A stretch of DNA of 64,000 bases from Podarcis muralis (GCF_964188315.1 NC_135655.1:32054001-32118000), one strand, 5' to 3'. Shown: positions 12,813 to 25,960, counted from the stretch's first letter. The notes: a model not told the origin generated them from the letters alone. Numbers and translations: made by a program.

Positions 12813-13174
12813 CTGGAACAGTTAAAACAAAATACTAAAATTCACAGGTTAGAGTTAATGGGCTGACATAATAGTTCATTTCTCACCTAGGTTTAAAACT
12901 AATTTGGGACAAAAGAAAAGTCAACCTCTTGGCTTCATTATCAGTCATGGAATTAAAAAAAAAAGTCATTTTAAATAATTTTCAAATGCTCTACAGATTG
13001 TTAATAGGAACAAAAATTACAATGGGAATCAAAATACTATATGCTGTTGCTGCTACAGGTCAATGAAATAAAAATGATCCCTGCATGAATAAAGACCAGC
13101 TATGTTTTCATACATAAATGGAGTCATGATCTCTTTACACTTCAACAAGATGCACATTTTAAAAAGTACTGTAC

Positions 13175-13257
13175 CTCTGCCAAATGCCCTAACTGGCATA
13201 TCAAGAGCATAAGGATCCTTTTCCAAACGATCAAATTTAAATTCTGCTTCTGTTAAT
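13175..13257 (-). CDS. MIA2: MIA2/cTAGE5 exon 23
   Basis: LTEAEFKFDRLEKDPYALDMPVRAFGR; 83 nt, phase 2 to 1. Confidence 0.93.
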
Positions 13258-13424
13258 CTAAAGGAAAGAAGAACATGTTAATAAACTAACCTCTTTCCTA
13301 TTTTTTTCTAGAACTCAACTTTTCAACTGTTGAAAAAGGTAAAAATCAGTTAATGAAATAGATTACAGGCATTAATTGTTAAATCAGAAAGTTAAATCCG
13401 GAGTTTGGGAGTACATTGTCAGTA

Positions 13425-13633
13425 CAGTCATACCTTGGGTTACAGACGCTTCAGGTTGCACACCGCACCAAACCTGGAAGTACCGGAACGGGTTACTTCT
13501 GGGTTGCAGCACTCGCGTGTGCACAGAAGCACTAAATCACGCATTGCGCATAAGCGCCAAATCGCGACCCGCGCATGCACAGACGTGGTGCTGCGGGTTG
13601 CAAAAGTGCCTCCCACACGAATCACGTCCACTG
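13425..13633. mobile_element. Tc1/mariner-type MITE, right TIR partly deleted
   Basis: TA|cagtcataccttggg ... ccactg|TA; related to 16663-16891. Confidence 0.65.
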
Positions 13634-13800
13634 TAATATGCTGATGACACATATGTGCATATGTATCAATTTTTATTTTTCCAGAAAACCCACATAACTG
13701 ATCACTGGTGTCACATAGTAACTGAACAACGGCACATTGTTCAGTGACAACAGTACGTCAACAAAATCAAGTTCTTCAGTATGTACATTTTTATGCTTAC

Positions 13801-13868
13801 TTTTGTCTACTGTATGCATTTTCTTCTCTTATATCACTGAGGTGCCTTTCAGCTGCCCGCGCTGCCAG
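13801..13868 (-). CDS. MIA2: MIA2/cTAGE5 exon 22
   Basis: LAARAAERHLSDIREENAYSRQ(K); AA|gtaagc; 68 nt. Confidence 0.93.
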
Positions 13869-14424
13869 CTTTAAAAATAAAAGTTCTTGTTAAATACTGC
13901 TATTCCTTAAAGCACAAGAAATATTTCCAGTTGAAAGTTCGAACACTGTTATCTATTATCGTAGAACAGCAGTCTATTAGAAAGCCTATGAAACAGCTTA
14001 AATGATACTAAAAGTGAAGTACCCCTCTCCTGTTGTGAGCAAAGACCATAATGCAAGACTGCTGATTTCAATGCAGTTTGCAGCTGCTGGACCACTGTGA
14101 CTCTATCAAGGGTCTGGGTGTAAACCTGCTTTTAAATACTCTGATCTTTCTTATTCACTAGCAATTTGAATCAATGAGTACTAACAGACAAAGAAGCTAT
14201 GGAATACTGATGGCCATAAAAGTTGGAGATTAATTAGCATGCTCCTTAGATGGAGTAGCTACTAAAATGTCACCCTCTCTGACACCCACAACTTACACAG
14301 AGACGGTGCTGTTGAGCTGGTGAAAACAAACTATGAGTAGCCAACATGTTGCCCTCCATGTGGAAGTCTACAATATCCACCAGCCCATCAGAATGGCCAA
14401 CAGGGCTGGGATGATGGGTAGTGC

Positions 14425-14672
14425 AGAAGAAGAGTTTGGATTTGATATCCCGCTTTATCACTACCCGAAGGAGTCTCAAAGCGGCTAACATTCTCCTTTC
14501 CCTTCCTCCCCCACAACAAACACTCTGTGAGGTGAGTGGGGCTGAGAGACTTCAGAGAAGTGTGACTGGCCCAAGGTCACCCAGCAGCTGAATGTGGAGG
14601 AGCGGGGAAGCGAACCCGGTTCACCAGATTACGAGTCTCCCGCTCTTAACCACTACACCACACTGGCTCTCT
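14425..14672 (-). mobile_element. tRNA-derived SINE (Squam3/Ther1-like)
   Basis: Head gccagtgtggtgtagtggttaagagc, B-box-like gggttcgcttccc, core gtgaccttgggccagtcac, (TTC)n tail. Confidence 0.8.
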
Positions 14673-14695
14673 GTGTAGTCTAACAACAACTAGAA

Positions 14696-14915
14696 GTAAA
14701 ATAAGAAAATTCCTTCCAGTAGCACCTTAGAGACCAACTAAGTTTGTTATTGGTATGAGCTTTCATGTGCATGTGCACTTCTTCAGATACCAACAGCTGT
14801 CCATGCACACGAAAGCTCATACTAATAACAAACTTAGTTGGTCTCTAAGGTGCTACTGGAAGGAAATTTTTTATTTTGTTTTGACTATGGCAAACCAACA
14901 CGGCTACCTACCTGT
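14696..14915 (+). mobile_element. Highly truncated Penelope pLTR palindrome
   Basis: Same pLTR sequence as 10310-10942; ~75-bp inverted arms; 8-bp direct repeat aactagaa (14688-14695, 14916-14923). Confidence 0.8.
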
Positions 14916-15671
14916 AACTAGAACATCTAGAAGTGTACCAAGTCTAGCAGGATTGGTACAGATCAAACTAATGGGAGGAATTCAAGGTTGCGCTCTTCTG
15001 ATCGTTCCATCAGGGCAAGCAGTTTGGCTTGCCAGATGGAACGATCCCCAGGAACCATTCCAGTTCTCCCACCTGCCACCCAAGCCAGTTTGAAGGGGTG
15101 CAGAGTCTCTGTGCAAGGGCTTCACTAATTGAATCCCACCCAACGGTTGTTGAGCAAGCCCTCAATACTAGCTGGGACATTTTCCCTTCCCATCTGTTTT
15201 AGCGGTCCATGCCAATTCAAGCTCTGGAGGAAGCTTTCAGATGGACAAGCCTTGGATTCCGTTTGTGTGAATCTCTTGATAAAACTGGAGTGCCTTATAA
15301 GGGGAAAGAGAGGGGTGGGGTTTATTTTTTGTCGTGTGTGAAAGATGGGTTTTGCAATCACATTTTGTGCTCCATTACTGCAATGTTATCAGAGGACAGA
15401 CTGTTTTATTCTTAGATAAGAGCCGCAAGAACAGCCAAAATATTTATTAAAATGGCATTGAAACAAGGCCAAAAGAGTGTTGCAAAATCAAACATTTTAA
15501 AATTGGCATTGGGTTTGGAAGGATTTATTTTTACAAGAAGGGATTTACTGTTACTATAAAAAAAAGATTCCATAAGACATTGAGGAAACTGGGCACAGCA
15601 TCCATGGGCTCATATTGATATAGTCTTTTCCTGCCATAAGCTTGTACTTTTTGAGGTAAATTAGATTTATC

Positions 15672-15848
15672 CAGTGCTTTTTTCCCTGGGAGGATGCAAG
15701 GGTATGCATACCCCTAAACATTTTGTGAATCTTTATCATTTTGTCCATTTGCTGTATTTATTTCCCCTGATTTGAACTATAAAATGGAGATTTCCTTGAG
15801 TCAAAATGAGAGTACCCCTAAACATTTTTCTTAAGGAACAAAGCACTG
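15672..15848. mobile_element. hAT MITE (cagtgctttttt TIR family), copy 1
   Basis: TSD gatttatc / gatttacc; near-identical to 18011-18175. Confidence 0.85.
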
Positions 15849-16506
15849 GATTTACCCCACCTATTTTTTACTGGTACTGATGAAAAGGAGTATTTTTATG
15901 GTCCTACAATTCTGAATCAAGGGGCATGGGAAGCTCCCCCCCCCCTTTCTCCATTCTTCTTCTGCCCTGAAAGAGTTCCTTCTGAAATGCATTGCAGAGT
16001 GGCTTTTCTCCAAACACAACTTGAACTGCCACAAATTCTGCCACTGAACAGCACACAGAGCCCTGCAGCTGATCCTACAACTGAGCAATAGCACCAGACT
16101 TTATCAGAGGAGACAGAAAATACTTATTTAAAGAGAGCATGTTTAAAAGGCCCTATAAAATATAATTTAAAAATCCTATTGGGGAGCTGGTGGTCAGTAA
16201 ATGAATAAGATAACAAACGGGGTGGGGAAGCAGCATCCAGGTGCACATCTGGATTTATAGCAGCTCACAGAAAACCTTCAAAATAACTTTTGTCAATTTA
16301 CCCAGCATAAGGAGTTCAAAGGAGCAGTCTAACAGTTGTTTTGGGACAGCTGCAGAGCAAGGGGCAAATGAGTGTATTAGAAAGATCCAGGTGAATCTCT
16401 CAAAAGCAGAATACTAATAGTTTAAAATAATAAAAATGCCCTGGCCCCTTTTGAAAGCATCACACTTTTCAGAAAGGCTGGGAAGTTTTTAGCATTTGCA
16501 ACTTAC

Positions 16507-16542
16507 CCAGTTATCGTGAGCTTTCTGCTCATGGGACTTAAC
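16507..16542 (-). CDS. MIA2: MIA2/cTAGE5 exon 21
   Basis: ttttaacag|VKSHEQKAHDNW|gtaagt; 36 nt. Confidence 0.93.
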
Positions 16543-16662
16543 CTGTTAAAAGAGAATTCCACATTAGTTCAGAGGTGCAGAATTCAAATCACAGTCTGAA
16601 AGGCAAGATGCATTTTTTTCAATTCCAAAGAGCCACGCTAGCACATGACCTGTGGGAAAGTA

Positions 16663-16891
16663 CAGTTATACCTCGGGTTGAAGTAACTTCGGGTTGAATA
16701 TTTTCAGGTTCTGCTCTGCAGCGCGCGTGACTTCCGGGTTTCGCCGCTTGCGCATGTGCAGACGCTCAAAACGACATCACATGCATGTGCAGAAGCGGCA
16801 AATCGCAACCCGTGCAGATGCAGGTTGCGTTTGCTTCAGGATGTGAACATGGCTCCAGAACGGATCCTGTTCGCATCCAGAGGTACCACTG
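16663..16891. mobile_element. Tc1/mariner-type MITE
   Basis: TA|cagttatacctc ... gaggtaccactg|TA. Confidence 0.8.
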
Positions 16892-18010
16892 TATATGGCA
16901 ATTCACCTTCTCTCCACACCCACCTTCTATTAATCTCTCTCCTTTCCCCACTCCATAATGTTTATCTCTGTTGTGCCTCCATTCCACAGGTCCCTCTGCC
17001 TTCCTCAATACTGTTTTTCTCTCACGTTGCTCTTGCTTGCTCACTCCTCCTCTCATTTCCCACATTTTTTCCTGCGGTTTCTTCTCTTATCTCTACTTCT
17101 TTCTTGCCAAGTTCATCCACAACAGCAAACAAGGTCATTGTTTTTTACGTTCCCAGGATTTTCCCCCAATGAAAGTGTCTCGGGCACAAGAGAGGAATGC
17201 CATCTGGACAGATACTAGCATGCCTCTGTTTCTCAGCTGCGTGCCTCAGAAACCAAAGAGGAGGAAGAGGAAAGTGCATGCATTGACACAAGAATTCCCC
17301 CATCCCACTCCTATTCATGCTGAGCTTAGGTGGGCCTTAGATGTCTCCACAAGGGGCTGAGAGAGGGCTGGCAAATGATCTGGCATGCTTTTGATCAAAT
17401 ATAAACTAACATCTTGAGTACTTAAATACATAGCACTGGTTGGGTTCACACATGGTTTGAAGTTGGCTTATTTAGAAACTAAAACAGCTTGTTTTAAACC
17501 AGGAAATGTGGTTCGTATGTAACGCTAAGCTACGACTAAACTCAGCAGAGGTACTCCTCCTGTAGAAAGAAAATGATGCCAAATGCAAAAAGGAGCAAAG
17601 CACAAACAGAAATTTTCCTTTGCTGCCGTGACTCAAAGATGAGCCATGTCTGCAAAGGTGGAATGTTCCTTCACAGCCACTGCTTCAGTTGAAAAGCCGT
17701 ACCTGCGAAGGAAGGAAGGGGAGTTCACTTGATGTGCTTTTGTGTTGCATCACCTGATGTCATGGGCCATCGTGGACTGACATATGGGCAACCCCATCCA
17801 CCTATCAAAATGGCCCACAGAGGTGGAGAAGTTTTGGATCTAGCCCACTGGATACATTCCTCGCCTGTGGTCAAAGTCAATAAACCTTTAAAGGTGAGAG
17901 ATGCTGCATTTAAGATATATGTTATTAATAAAAATAATAACAACAAAGGACTCAATCTGCTATACACTTGTCTGGGAGCAAATTTAATTGAACTGAATTT
18001 TACTTCTGAG

Positions 18011-18175
18011 CAGTGCTTTTTTCTGGGGGGACGAATGTACCCCTAAACATTTTGTGAATCTTTGTACTTTTGTCCATTTACTGTATTAATTTCCCCCAAT
18101 TTGAATTACAAAACAGTGATTTTCTTGAGTCAAAATGAGAGTACCCCTAAACATTTTTAAAGAAAAAAAGGACTG
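18011..18175. mobile_element. hAT MITE (cagtgctttttt TIR family), copy 2
   Basis: Perfect 8-bp TSD cttctgag (18003-18010, 18176-18183). Confidence 0.88.
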
Positions 18176-18313
18176 CTTCTGAGTAAACATGCTTAGGATC
18201 ATGCTATAATGCTGAAATCCTAAGCAAGCATACTTTGAAGTAAACCCAACTGAAATCAGTCATGGTAAACATAGCACTTGTACTAATTTAGAAAACAATA
18301 TATATATAAATAC

Positions 18314-18374
18314 CAGATTCTCATAAGAGTGAACTGTTTTTTTCAGTTCTTCTTCTAGTTCTTCTGCTCGTTGT
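18314..18374 (-). CDS. MIA2: MIA2/cTAGE5 exon 20
   Basis: (R)QRAEELEEELKKTVHSYENL; 61 nt. Confidence 0.92.
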
Positions 18375-19777
18375 CTGTAATGGAATTATACAAGGATAAT
18401 TTTGCACACCAGATATTATCACAACACCTTAAGTAACATTGAAAAGTATGTCATTAAAAAAAAAAAGCAACAACCCCAAACCTAATCTAACTGGGAGCCC
18501 TACTGAAGCAGAAGGCAGAGCACCAGTTAGGCAAGAACAGATAGCCTTTGAAGCAGATTGGAACCTGCCTGCAGAACTATTCCCTTTTGTCAAGCTGCCT
18601 GCAAAATTCTGTTGTTGTGAAAGAGACAAAACTGGAATTGAATGGGGTCTCTTCCAATTGAAGCTTAGCAGCCTACATTGATTTACAAGGCCCTGTAAGG
18701 TTGGGGGAGGGTATTAACCTGGCTGTGTCGAACCAAAGGCAAATTGTTCCAGAAGCTCTGCAAATGTCATCTTGGTAGTCAAGATAACCCCACAATTAAC
18801 TGGCAGCTGTAGCAATGAGCTCATATATGTTTATATTCACTTGTTTTCTCATAAGCTAATTTGCTTGCTATGATGCTATCCTTATCTGTGGGCTTGGAGT
18901 GCTGGGTTCTGGGCCCAGAAAGGGCAACTATCTGTAAGACTTGGGCATTGCCAACTATGCCCTCATCTGGTCAGGTGGAGTGATGGGAAGTCCTGGCCGA
19001 GAAACGTATGCTGCTTTGTCTATAAAGCATGTATGAATGTTTGTGTGGGTGCAGACAGCCATCTCCTTACTTCAGTGTCAATCCCATAAAGGCTGGGAGA
19101 CCTAGCAGGCTGATTTGCTGTTAAGTCTGCACCTTTCTTTTAATAAAGCACTAGAACTGACCATTCTGACGGTTTTGACATCCTTCTTTGGCATCTCTGC
19201 ACCCAACCACTCCCACAAGCCCTTGTTTAGAACACTGATGCAGAAGGACCTCCTCCACTGATGCAGAAGGGACACTAGAATATCTAGCACCTTAAAAAGG
19301 GGATAACCTATCCAGTCAATCTGGTGACTGTCAAGACCCACAAGCTCTGCAAGGCTACCTTAAAGCTGCCTGCCCCTTAGGGGAAGTTCTGGGTGGGTTT
19401 GGGAAAAGCATGAGCAGTTTCGTAACAGGGCTTTCCTGGCTCCTTAGGATGAAGGGATCATCTAGAATTGAGGTGGGATGGGACACAGTGGGCTCCAGAA
19501 GGATGGAGGAAAGCAGCAAAATCTGGTGAATTGCCTTTCTACTCAAGGAAGATACATTCAGATCCAAGCCTCTGATAACCACTCTCTCCACCCAAAACAC
19601 TATGAGAAGGGGCTTGAGTCAGTTGTGATTACTGTAATGGGGCTTCACTGACTTGATTAGAGGTACTACTCCATACGACTCCTCTGATTTTTCAAAAGTT
19701 TCAAGATGCTAGGTCTAATTCTCCACTGAATTTTGTTCATTCAACAGAGGAAAATACCAAATGAAATCCATAGTTAC

Positions 19778-19879
19778 CGATAACGGTTCACTTCTTCAGC
19801 AGCATGACTGATTGTCTCATCAACTTTGGAAAGCTTTTCTTCTTTCTGTAAACGGTCTTTTTCTTCTACAGTTAATTTC
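19778..19879 (-). CDS. MIA2: MIA2/cTAGE5 exon 19
   Basis: (R)[33 protein letters not shown]; 102 nt. Confidence 0.94.
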
Positions 19880-20859
19880 CTTTGAAAAATAAAAGAAACA
19901 AAGCCTTTCATTAGCCACGACTCAACTGTTTTCTAGTCATCTTAAGAAAACATCCACAAAAAGCTGAAGCTCATTTCAAAAAACAAACACTGACACGTAC
20001 AGTAACTTCCATTTGCCCTAGTAGCCTGATCCTTAATTATAAGCAGCGTAAGCAACAATAAAAATGGTGTTAAAATCCTCAATACATTAAAGGTTGTGCC
20101 ACCCTGTGCATACTTAGAGGGCTTCTCAAGGTGTGAATCAGCTAAGAATCCCTGTCAGTAGAAGTCCTGTGCAAATGGGGCTTCTGCCTGCCCCCCCCCC
20201 ATGCAAATTGGCTAGGGATGGAGACAACATTGCATGTGGGTAGGAGAGGAGAGATCATTCCATCTGGCAAGCTGCAACACATGAGCAGACAGAATGTTCA
20301 ACACAGCACCACCCTCACTGAGAGTTCAGAGCAAACATGCATAGGACTGGGCTATAGCAGAACTTGCCAAATTTATTCCTTGAAGGTTGCAGCAGTAGCT
20401 TTGAAAAATGATTTGTGAAGAACTTGCCGGTAAATATCTGCTAACAATAGTAACTTGTCCCCAAGAGAAATTTAGTACTGATGAAGTGCTAGCACCCCCG
20501 TGATCAAAATGATCAGGGGATAGGCCAACTCCAATCTCTCTCACCACCAAAGAAACACAAATGAACAGCAGAGAACCTGCACGAGCAACGCTGACACCAA
20601 ATCCTACATACATTAAGCAAAATAGAAACATTGCCACCCAACCCCAACCCCACCCATCTTCCCCCCCCCCTCCACCCCTTAATTCCCCCTAACGTCTCAA
20701 CAGATGAAACTGATTTGTAAAAATGTTACATGGAAAAAATACGAGAGACATTACACATACTTCTGTAAAACAAGAAAATCTTTAATTTAAAAAAAAATGA
20801 TCAGGGGATCTTAAGATAAAAGAATGAAATCAAGGAAGAATCCAAAAGAGGAAATACTC

Positions 20860-21260
20860 AAGTTATGGGTGACTTCAACTAGCATCATGCAGACTGGCTA
20901 CATATGTGTTCCAGCCATGACAAAGCGGTAAATTATCTAGATATCCTAAATGACTGTGTCATGGAACCAACCAGAGGGACAGCAAGCCTGGACTTTTATC
21001 TTGAGTGGTGCACAGAACTTGGTACAAGATGTAAGTGTTGCAAGCCAGTTAAGTGAAGTAGCCATAGTGCTATTCATGCACATACATGAAAATGGCCAAT
21101 TGCCAAGAAAATCCAGCACAGTCACATTTGGCTATGAAAGAGGAAACACCCCCAAAATGAGGGGATTGGTAAAAAGGAAGTTGAAAGAAAAGGTCAAGAG
21201 GGTCACATCAATCCAAAGTGTTTGGGAGTTGTTTAAAAACACGGTATTAGAAACCATATG
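20860..21260 (+). mobile_element. CR1 LINE ORF2 endonuclease-region fragment, degenerate
   Basis: MGDFN.., EPTRGTASLD.., KMRGLVKRKLKEKVKRV..WELFKNTVLE motifs with stops and frameshifts. Confidence 0.8.
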
Positions 21261-21424
21261 AAGTAGTAAGCAAATAGACCAAGAAGTGGCAGCAAGGTCC
21301 CAGTGCCAAGACAAGGGTATAATTGTTGAAGAAACATGGCAGGCTCAAGTTACATATAACATCATTTTTCTGTTATCTAAACAAAGATTCATGTATCAAG
21401 CAACAAATCGACCACTACCAATAC

Positions 21425-21563
21425 CTGTGAAGGTTCATTTCATTTTCTTGATATAGCTCAGTCATGACTTTAAGCTTTTGCTGAAGCTTCTGAACTTCGC
21501 TTTCAAAGTGTGTATTTTCAGAATGCAACGTGACATGTTCCTTTTGTAGATTTTCAATGCGTT
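21425..21563 (-). CDS. MIA2: MIA2/cTAGE5 exon 18
   Basis: [46 protein letters not shown]; 139 nt. Confidence 0.95.
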
Positions 21564-22260
21564 CTGTCACAAGAGTTAATTACAATTAACTGATATGTTA
21601 AACCCATACGATAAAGGAAACAAATATTGAAGACTGAATACAGTATTCTAATGCTGAAAAGAAAAATGATTTCTGAAGGAGTTTGGAAGAGATGTAAAAC
21701 CTCATTATGTCCCTGTACAATAACTCCAGTCACTTTGAAAAATGCTTTGAAATCTCACTAAAAGGATACATTTCCCCCCTCCCCTTTCACATGTATTTGT
21801 GGACCAAATTTTGTTTTGATTTCCTTCACAGGACAAATATGTTTGGACCAAATGGGCTGAGGCGCAGACAGGAGGGAAATAAGGCACAGGACAGCTTTAC
21901 CATAGCTAAATAGAATCCTTTTTAATACTAATACCACACGTCAGCATCAACAGTTTCCCAGCTAACAAGCCCCGCATCTCAATCTACTAAGATAATGGCA
22001 ATGTAATGCATAGAAATCCAGGTTTGGGGTTTTGTTTTTGGTGTCTTCTTTGGTGTCTTGTAAAAACTGAATTCTTCGTTTTAATGGTTTTTTTCCAAGA
22101 TACCTTATACTTCAGTGAACCCTGATCATTTAAGAGATTTCTAATTATCTTTACAGCTTCATTCAGTTAAAAGTAAAGATTTTCCTAAAACATTAATGGA
22201 AAACAGCTTTCTTCTTCCTTTTAAAAAAATAATAATTAAAAATCAAGAATTCATCATTAC

Positions 22261-22351
22261 CTGCAAGTTCCTCTTTTGCTTTGTTTTCATCTGTTAGCTT
22301 TGAACAGATTTGATTTACTTCTGATTCCATAGATTTTAGACAAGCATTTAG
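22261..22351 (-). CDS. MIA2: MIA2/cTAGE5 exon 17
   Basis: LNACLKSMESEVNQICSKLTDENKAKEELA; 91 nt. Confidence 0.93.
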
Positions 22352-23502
22352 CTATATCAAGGAAAAAAGATAAATTATTTCAAATCGTAATTGCAAAAGA
22401 AGCTACTGATGTACATTTGCACTTCTAAAACAAACCTTTATCTAGTTCTGGATCACTTTCTGGCTGCAATGCTTATTTATGTATTTGATTTTTTCCCCCA
22501 CCCCACCATTCCACCAAACCACAACAGAAGCTGGTTTCACAAAGTATATCATTAAAACAGCCATTTAAAATAAATATAACAATCACATCACTACATTACA
22601 CTAAGAATATATCACAGCAAAAACAGTAGGTACCTAAAGGGAGGTTGTGCACCCATTGTTAAAGCAACAGTGGGACCACACACACCCTCCCAAAATGATG
22701 TGCCCTCATCTGATGGGAGTGCACACACACAACCAGAGACTTTTCCTGCACAAATGTTATTGCTGCTCTTCCCTCTTCAAGCATCTCCTGGTTCTAAAAA
22801 ACAGCAGAGCAGGGGATGGCAGGGATTGGACCAGCCTGCCCCTCGCCTGAACAGCCTCTTTCTCTGCTTCCAACGTGTTCTGCACCCCCACTTCTGTCTC
22901 TGACTCCTCCAACCCTTCTTCTCCTCTTCCCCCTGCCCTGGCTCCTTTCTCACAGGTGGCACCAAACACCATAAATCACTGGGGAGCCTTGCTCCTGGGT
23001 CAGTCTCCAACCCCCTTGCCTCCATCACACACACATCAGAGCCCTGCCAATCCCTGGCAATAGTTAAGCAATAGCAGCACCCCACTGCATCACATATACT
23101 AAAGAGGCACACCATTAAACTAATTCTTTGGCTTGAATCCAGAGTTCTTATGAGCAGGACTCCGCTCATAGGCTGCTTCTGCTGGCGGAGGCAACTTTCA
23201 GCAATTCCTCCTTCTCCCAGCAGCCCCTCTGGGACAGTGCGTGAGGTGGTGCAGTAGATAGCAGAAATTGAAAAATTACAGTAGTTAAAGTGGTCTCTCT
23301 TCCTTTGTCCAGTTAGTTGGAACTCAGCCCACTTCATGCATGGAAGAAACTCTTCCATTCACAAAAGGGCAACTCTGGATCCTATCATTCCAAAAAAGCT
23401 TGCAGATATTTTCTATTGAATTTTTTTTTAATTGCTTTATTTTTCCCCCAAAAAAGTTTTTATAAACCAGTAAAGAAAATAATCACAGTATTAGTGTATT
23501 AC

Positions 23503-23549
23503 CTTCGCAGCATAAATCAACTTCTTTACAGTTCGTTTTTCCTGATCAT
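23503..23549 (-). CDS. MIA2: MIA2/cTAGE5 exon 16
   Basis: DDQEKRTVKKLIYAAK; 47 nt. Confidence 0.92.
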
Positions 23550-24248
23550 CTGGTTTAAGGGAAATGAAGAGAAGGTGAAAAAACCCAACAAATCATAGAA
23601 AACTTTTTCTTTTGTTATTTATTTATAAAACACAGTGTTGTTTTTTAAGTGGGAAAGATTTCTTTTGCCCAAGTTTTAAAAACAGTTGTATTGTTTGTAA
23701 AAAGCAGTGAGTTCAAGAGGGAGGGGATAGGGACATTATTCATCTAACAATGCTTTACAGAAGCAGTTTTTCTGAAATGTGTTTGAAATGTGTAATCAAT
23801 CCAATGCGAGAATTACACTCCTCAGGCTTAATTAAGTTCCTTGACCTTTTCATGTGGGCTGCTTATCCTCAGGCTAAGGACAAGAACGAGCAGTGGTTGT
23901 CAGACCAGTTTGTGCTTTGCCAAGTTAACCTGGGGTTAGAGTCTCAACAACTTGGATTGTCTTTTTCTAAATTTTTTGTTTTTTAACTTCAGGGGTTACA
24001 TTGAGCAGTAGGATGCAGCACACAGAAATCTAGCATATGTCAACATAAAGCTTTGGTGAAAATCCACTTTATGCACTGAATGCAACAGGCTATTGCCTAT
24101 TAATACCTATGCCATAGATTTTGATTAATTCCTTGTGTGTAGTTGATTCACACATATTAAGGAGGAGAACAGGTGACAATTCTAGAATTTGAAAATGAAA
24201 TCATTTCTCTTTTCCTTCCCTTTCCGTAGGAAATGAATAATGATTTAC

Positions 24249-24372
24249 CCAAGTGCTCCCCATTTTCTGTTTCAGTCTTTATATCATTATCCCAATGGTT
24301 GTCTTCAGCAGCAGCATGTTCATCTAATGTACAGCTCCAGTCTTTCATCTTCAACAAGCACTCGGTCAGTGA
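24249..24372 (-). CDS. MIA2: MIA2/cTAGE5 exon 15
   Basis: SLTECLLKMKDWSCTLDEH...ETENGEHL; G|gtaaat; 124 nt. Confidence 0.93.
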
Positions 24373-24454
24373 CTATAGCATATTTATAAAACAAGATGCA
24401 CAAATGAGTCCTTGGCTCTTCACAACGCAAATTCATGATTTTATTCATTTCATA

Positions 24455-24811
24455 AAGGTAAAGGGTAAAGGGACCCCTGACCATTAGGTCCAGTTGCGGA
24501 CGACTCTGGGGTTGCGGCACTCATCTCACTTTATTGGCCGAGGGAGCTGGTGTACAGCTTCCGGGTCATGTGGCCAGCATGACTAAGCCACTTCTGGCGA
24601 ACCAGAGCAGTGCACGGAAACGCCGTTTACCTTTCCGCCAGAGCGGTACCTATTTATCTACTTGCACTTTGACGTGCTTTCGAACTGCTAGGTTGGCAGG
24701 AGCTGGGACCGAGCAACAGGAGCTCACCCCATCGCGGGGATTCGAACCGCCGACCTTCCAATCGGCAAGTCCTAGGCTCTGTGGTTTAACCCACAGCGCC
24801 ACCCACGTCCC
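24455..24811 (-). mobile_element. Sauria SINE, full length
   Basis: tRNA-like head with A/B boxes, (ACCTTT)n tail; 12-bp TSD attcatttcata. Confidence 0.92.
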
Positions 24812-25770
24812 AATTCATTTCATATATATTCAATAAACCTATTGAATGTTTAACAGTATTTTCATATCAAGTGTTTTACAGGAATAGTTCCTGTTCTATG
24901 TGGACTACTTCTAAGAGAAAAACTTTTACAACAGCATGCATTACTGTGGTAGCTAGACCTCTTGCAAACTCAATACAAGTAGAATTCCAGAACCCCAAGT
25001 AAAGTTGCAGGCAGGTTTTCTCTCTATCCAGCACTGCAAATCTGTATCTGACCACTAGCTTCCTTGGTCTCTGAAAAAGCCACCTGAACCTCCACTAAAG
25101 CTATTTGGAAATTGCCCTTTGAGGAATTTGGAGGGATGTGGATAGATGCCTAAAGAAATCAGTGAACTATTATGGCCCTAGTTTTCTGCCTAGGCCTTTT
25201 CTCCCATTCACTTACACAAATGGAATGCTTGATATGAGAGGAGGGAAGACTCCAAGAAGTTTAAGCAGATAACCCTACATCTCAGCCTTAGCAAAAGGGC
25301 TTAGCAACTTGCCAAACATACCAGTCTACCATGCTCCCTCCTAGAGCTTTGCACCAGTGACTCCCATAGGAATCAATGAAGCTATGAGGCAACCACAGTT
25401 CCAAGCAGTGTTATCAATGCCTGAGGGACGCATGTGTATCTGTCCAAATATTCCCAAAGGGAGGAGTGAAAGCTGTTGTTGAGTGGCAGGATTTTGAAGC
25501 ACACCAAGCAATACTTTGGGGGTAGGATGGAGGGAGGGAATTATATACATAATAAAATTGGTTCTCTTGCAACTCTTGGAATTTCCCCCTTCTTTCTCTC
25601 TCTCCCCCCCCCCCCCTAGAATTCAAGAGCCCTTCCTACTGTTTTAAAATGTGACGCAGTTTTCCCATGATAGAGCCCCAAAATAAATAACAAATTTCCT
25701 CCTGTGTGCCAGGTGACATTAGGCATGCACAGAATTCACACATCTATATGAATAAAGTAAAGCAAGAGCG

Positions 25771-25960
25771 GCAGCCAGCGTGTAGTGGTTAAAGTGTTAG
25801 ACTAAGACCTGGGAAACCAGGTTTCAAACCCCCATTCGGTCATGAAAGTCACTGAGTGACCTTGGGCCGGTCCCTGCCTTTCGGCCTAATCTACTTCACA
25901 GGGTTGTTGTAGGAGAACCATCCTTTGAGAAAAAAGTTGGGATATAAATATAAGAAATAA
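25771..25960 (+). mobile_element. Older Squam3/Ther1-like SINE
   Basis: gccagcgtgtagtggttaaagtgttagactaagacctgg head, gtgaccttgggcc core, A-rich tail. Confidence 0.7.

Noticed and set aside
19100-19620. Possible retroelement coding remnant
   Set aside because: No motif I can assign with confidence.
24534-24836. Recurring ORF AEGAGVQLPGHVASMTKPLL... (also near 29.2, 30.8, 56.2 and 63.1 kb)
   Set aside because: Antisense translation of Sauria SINE copies.
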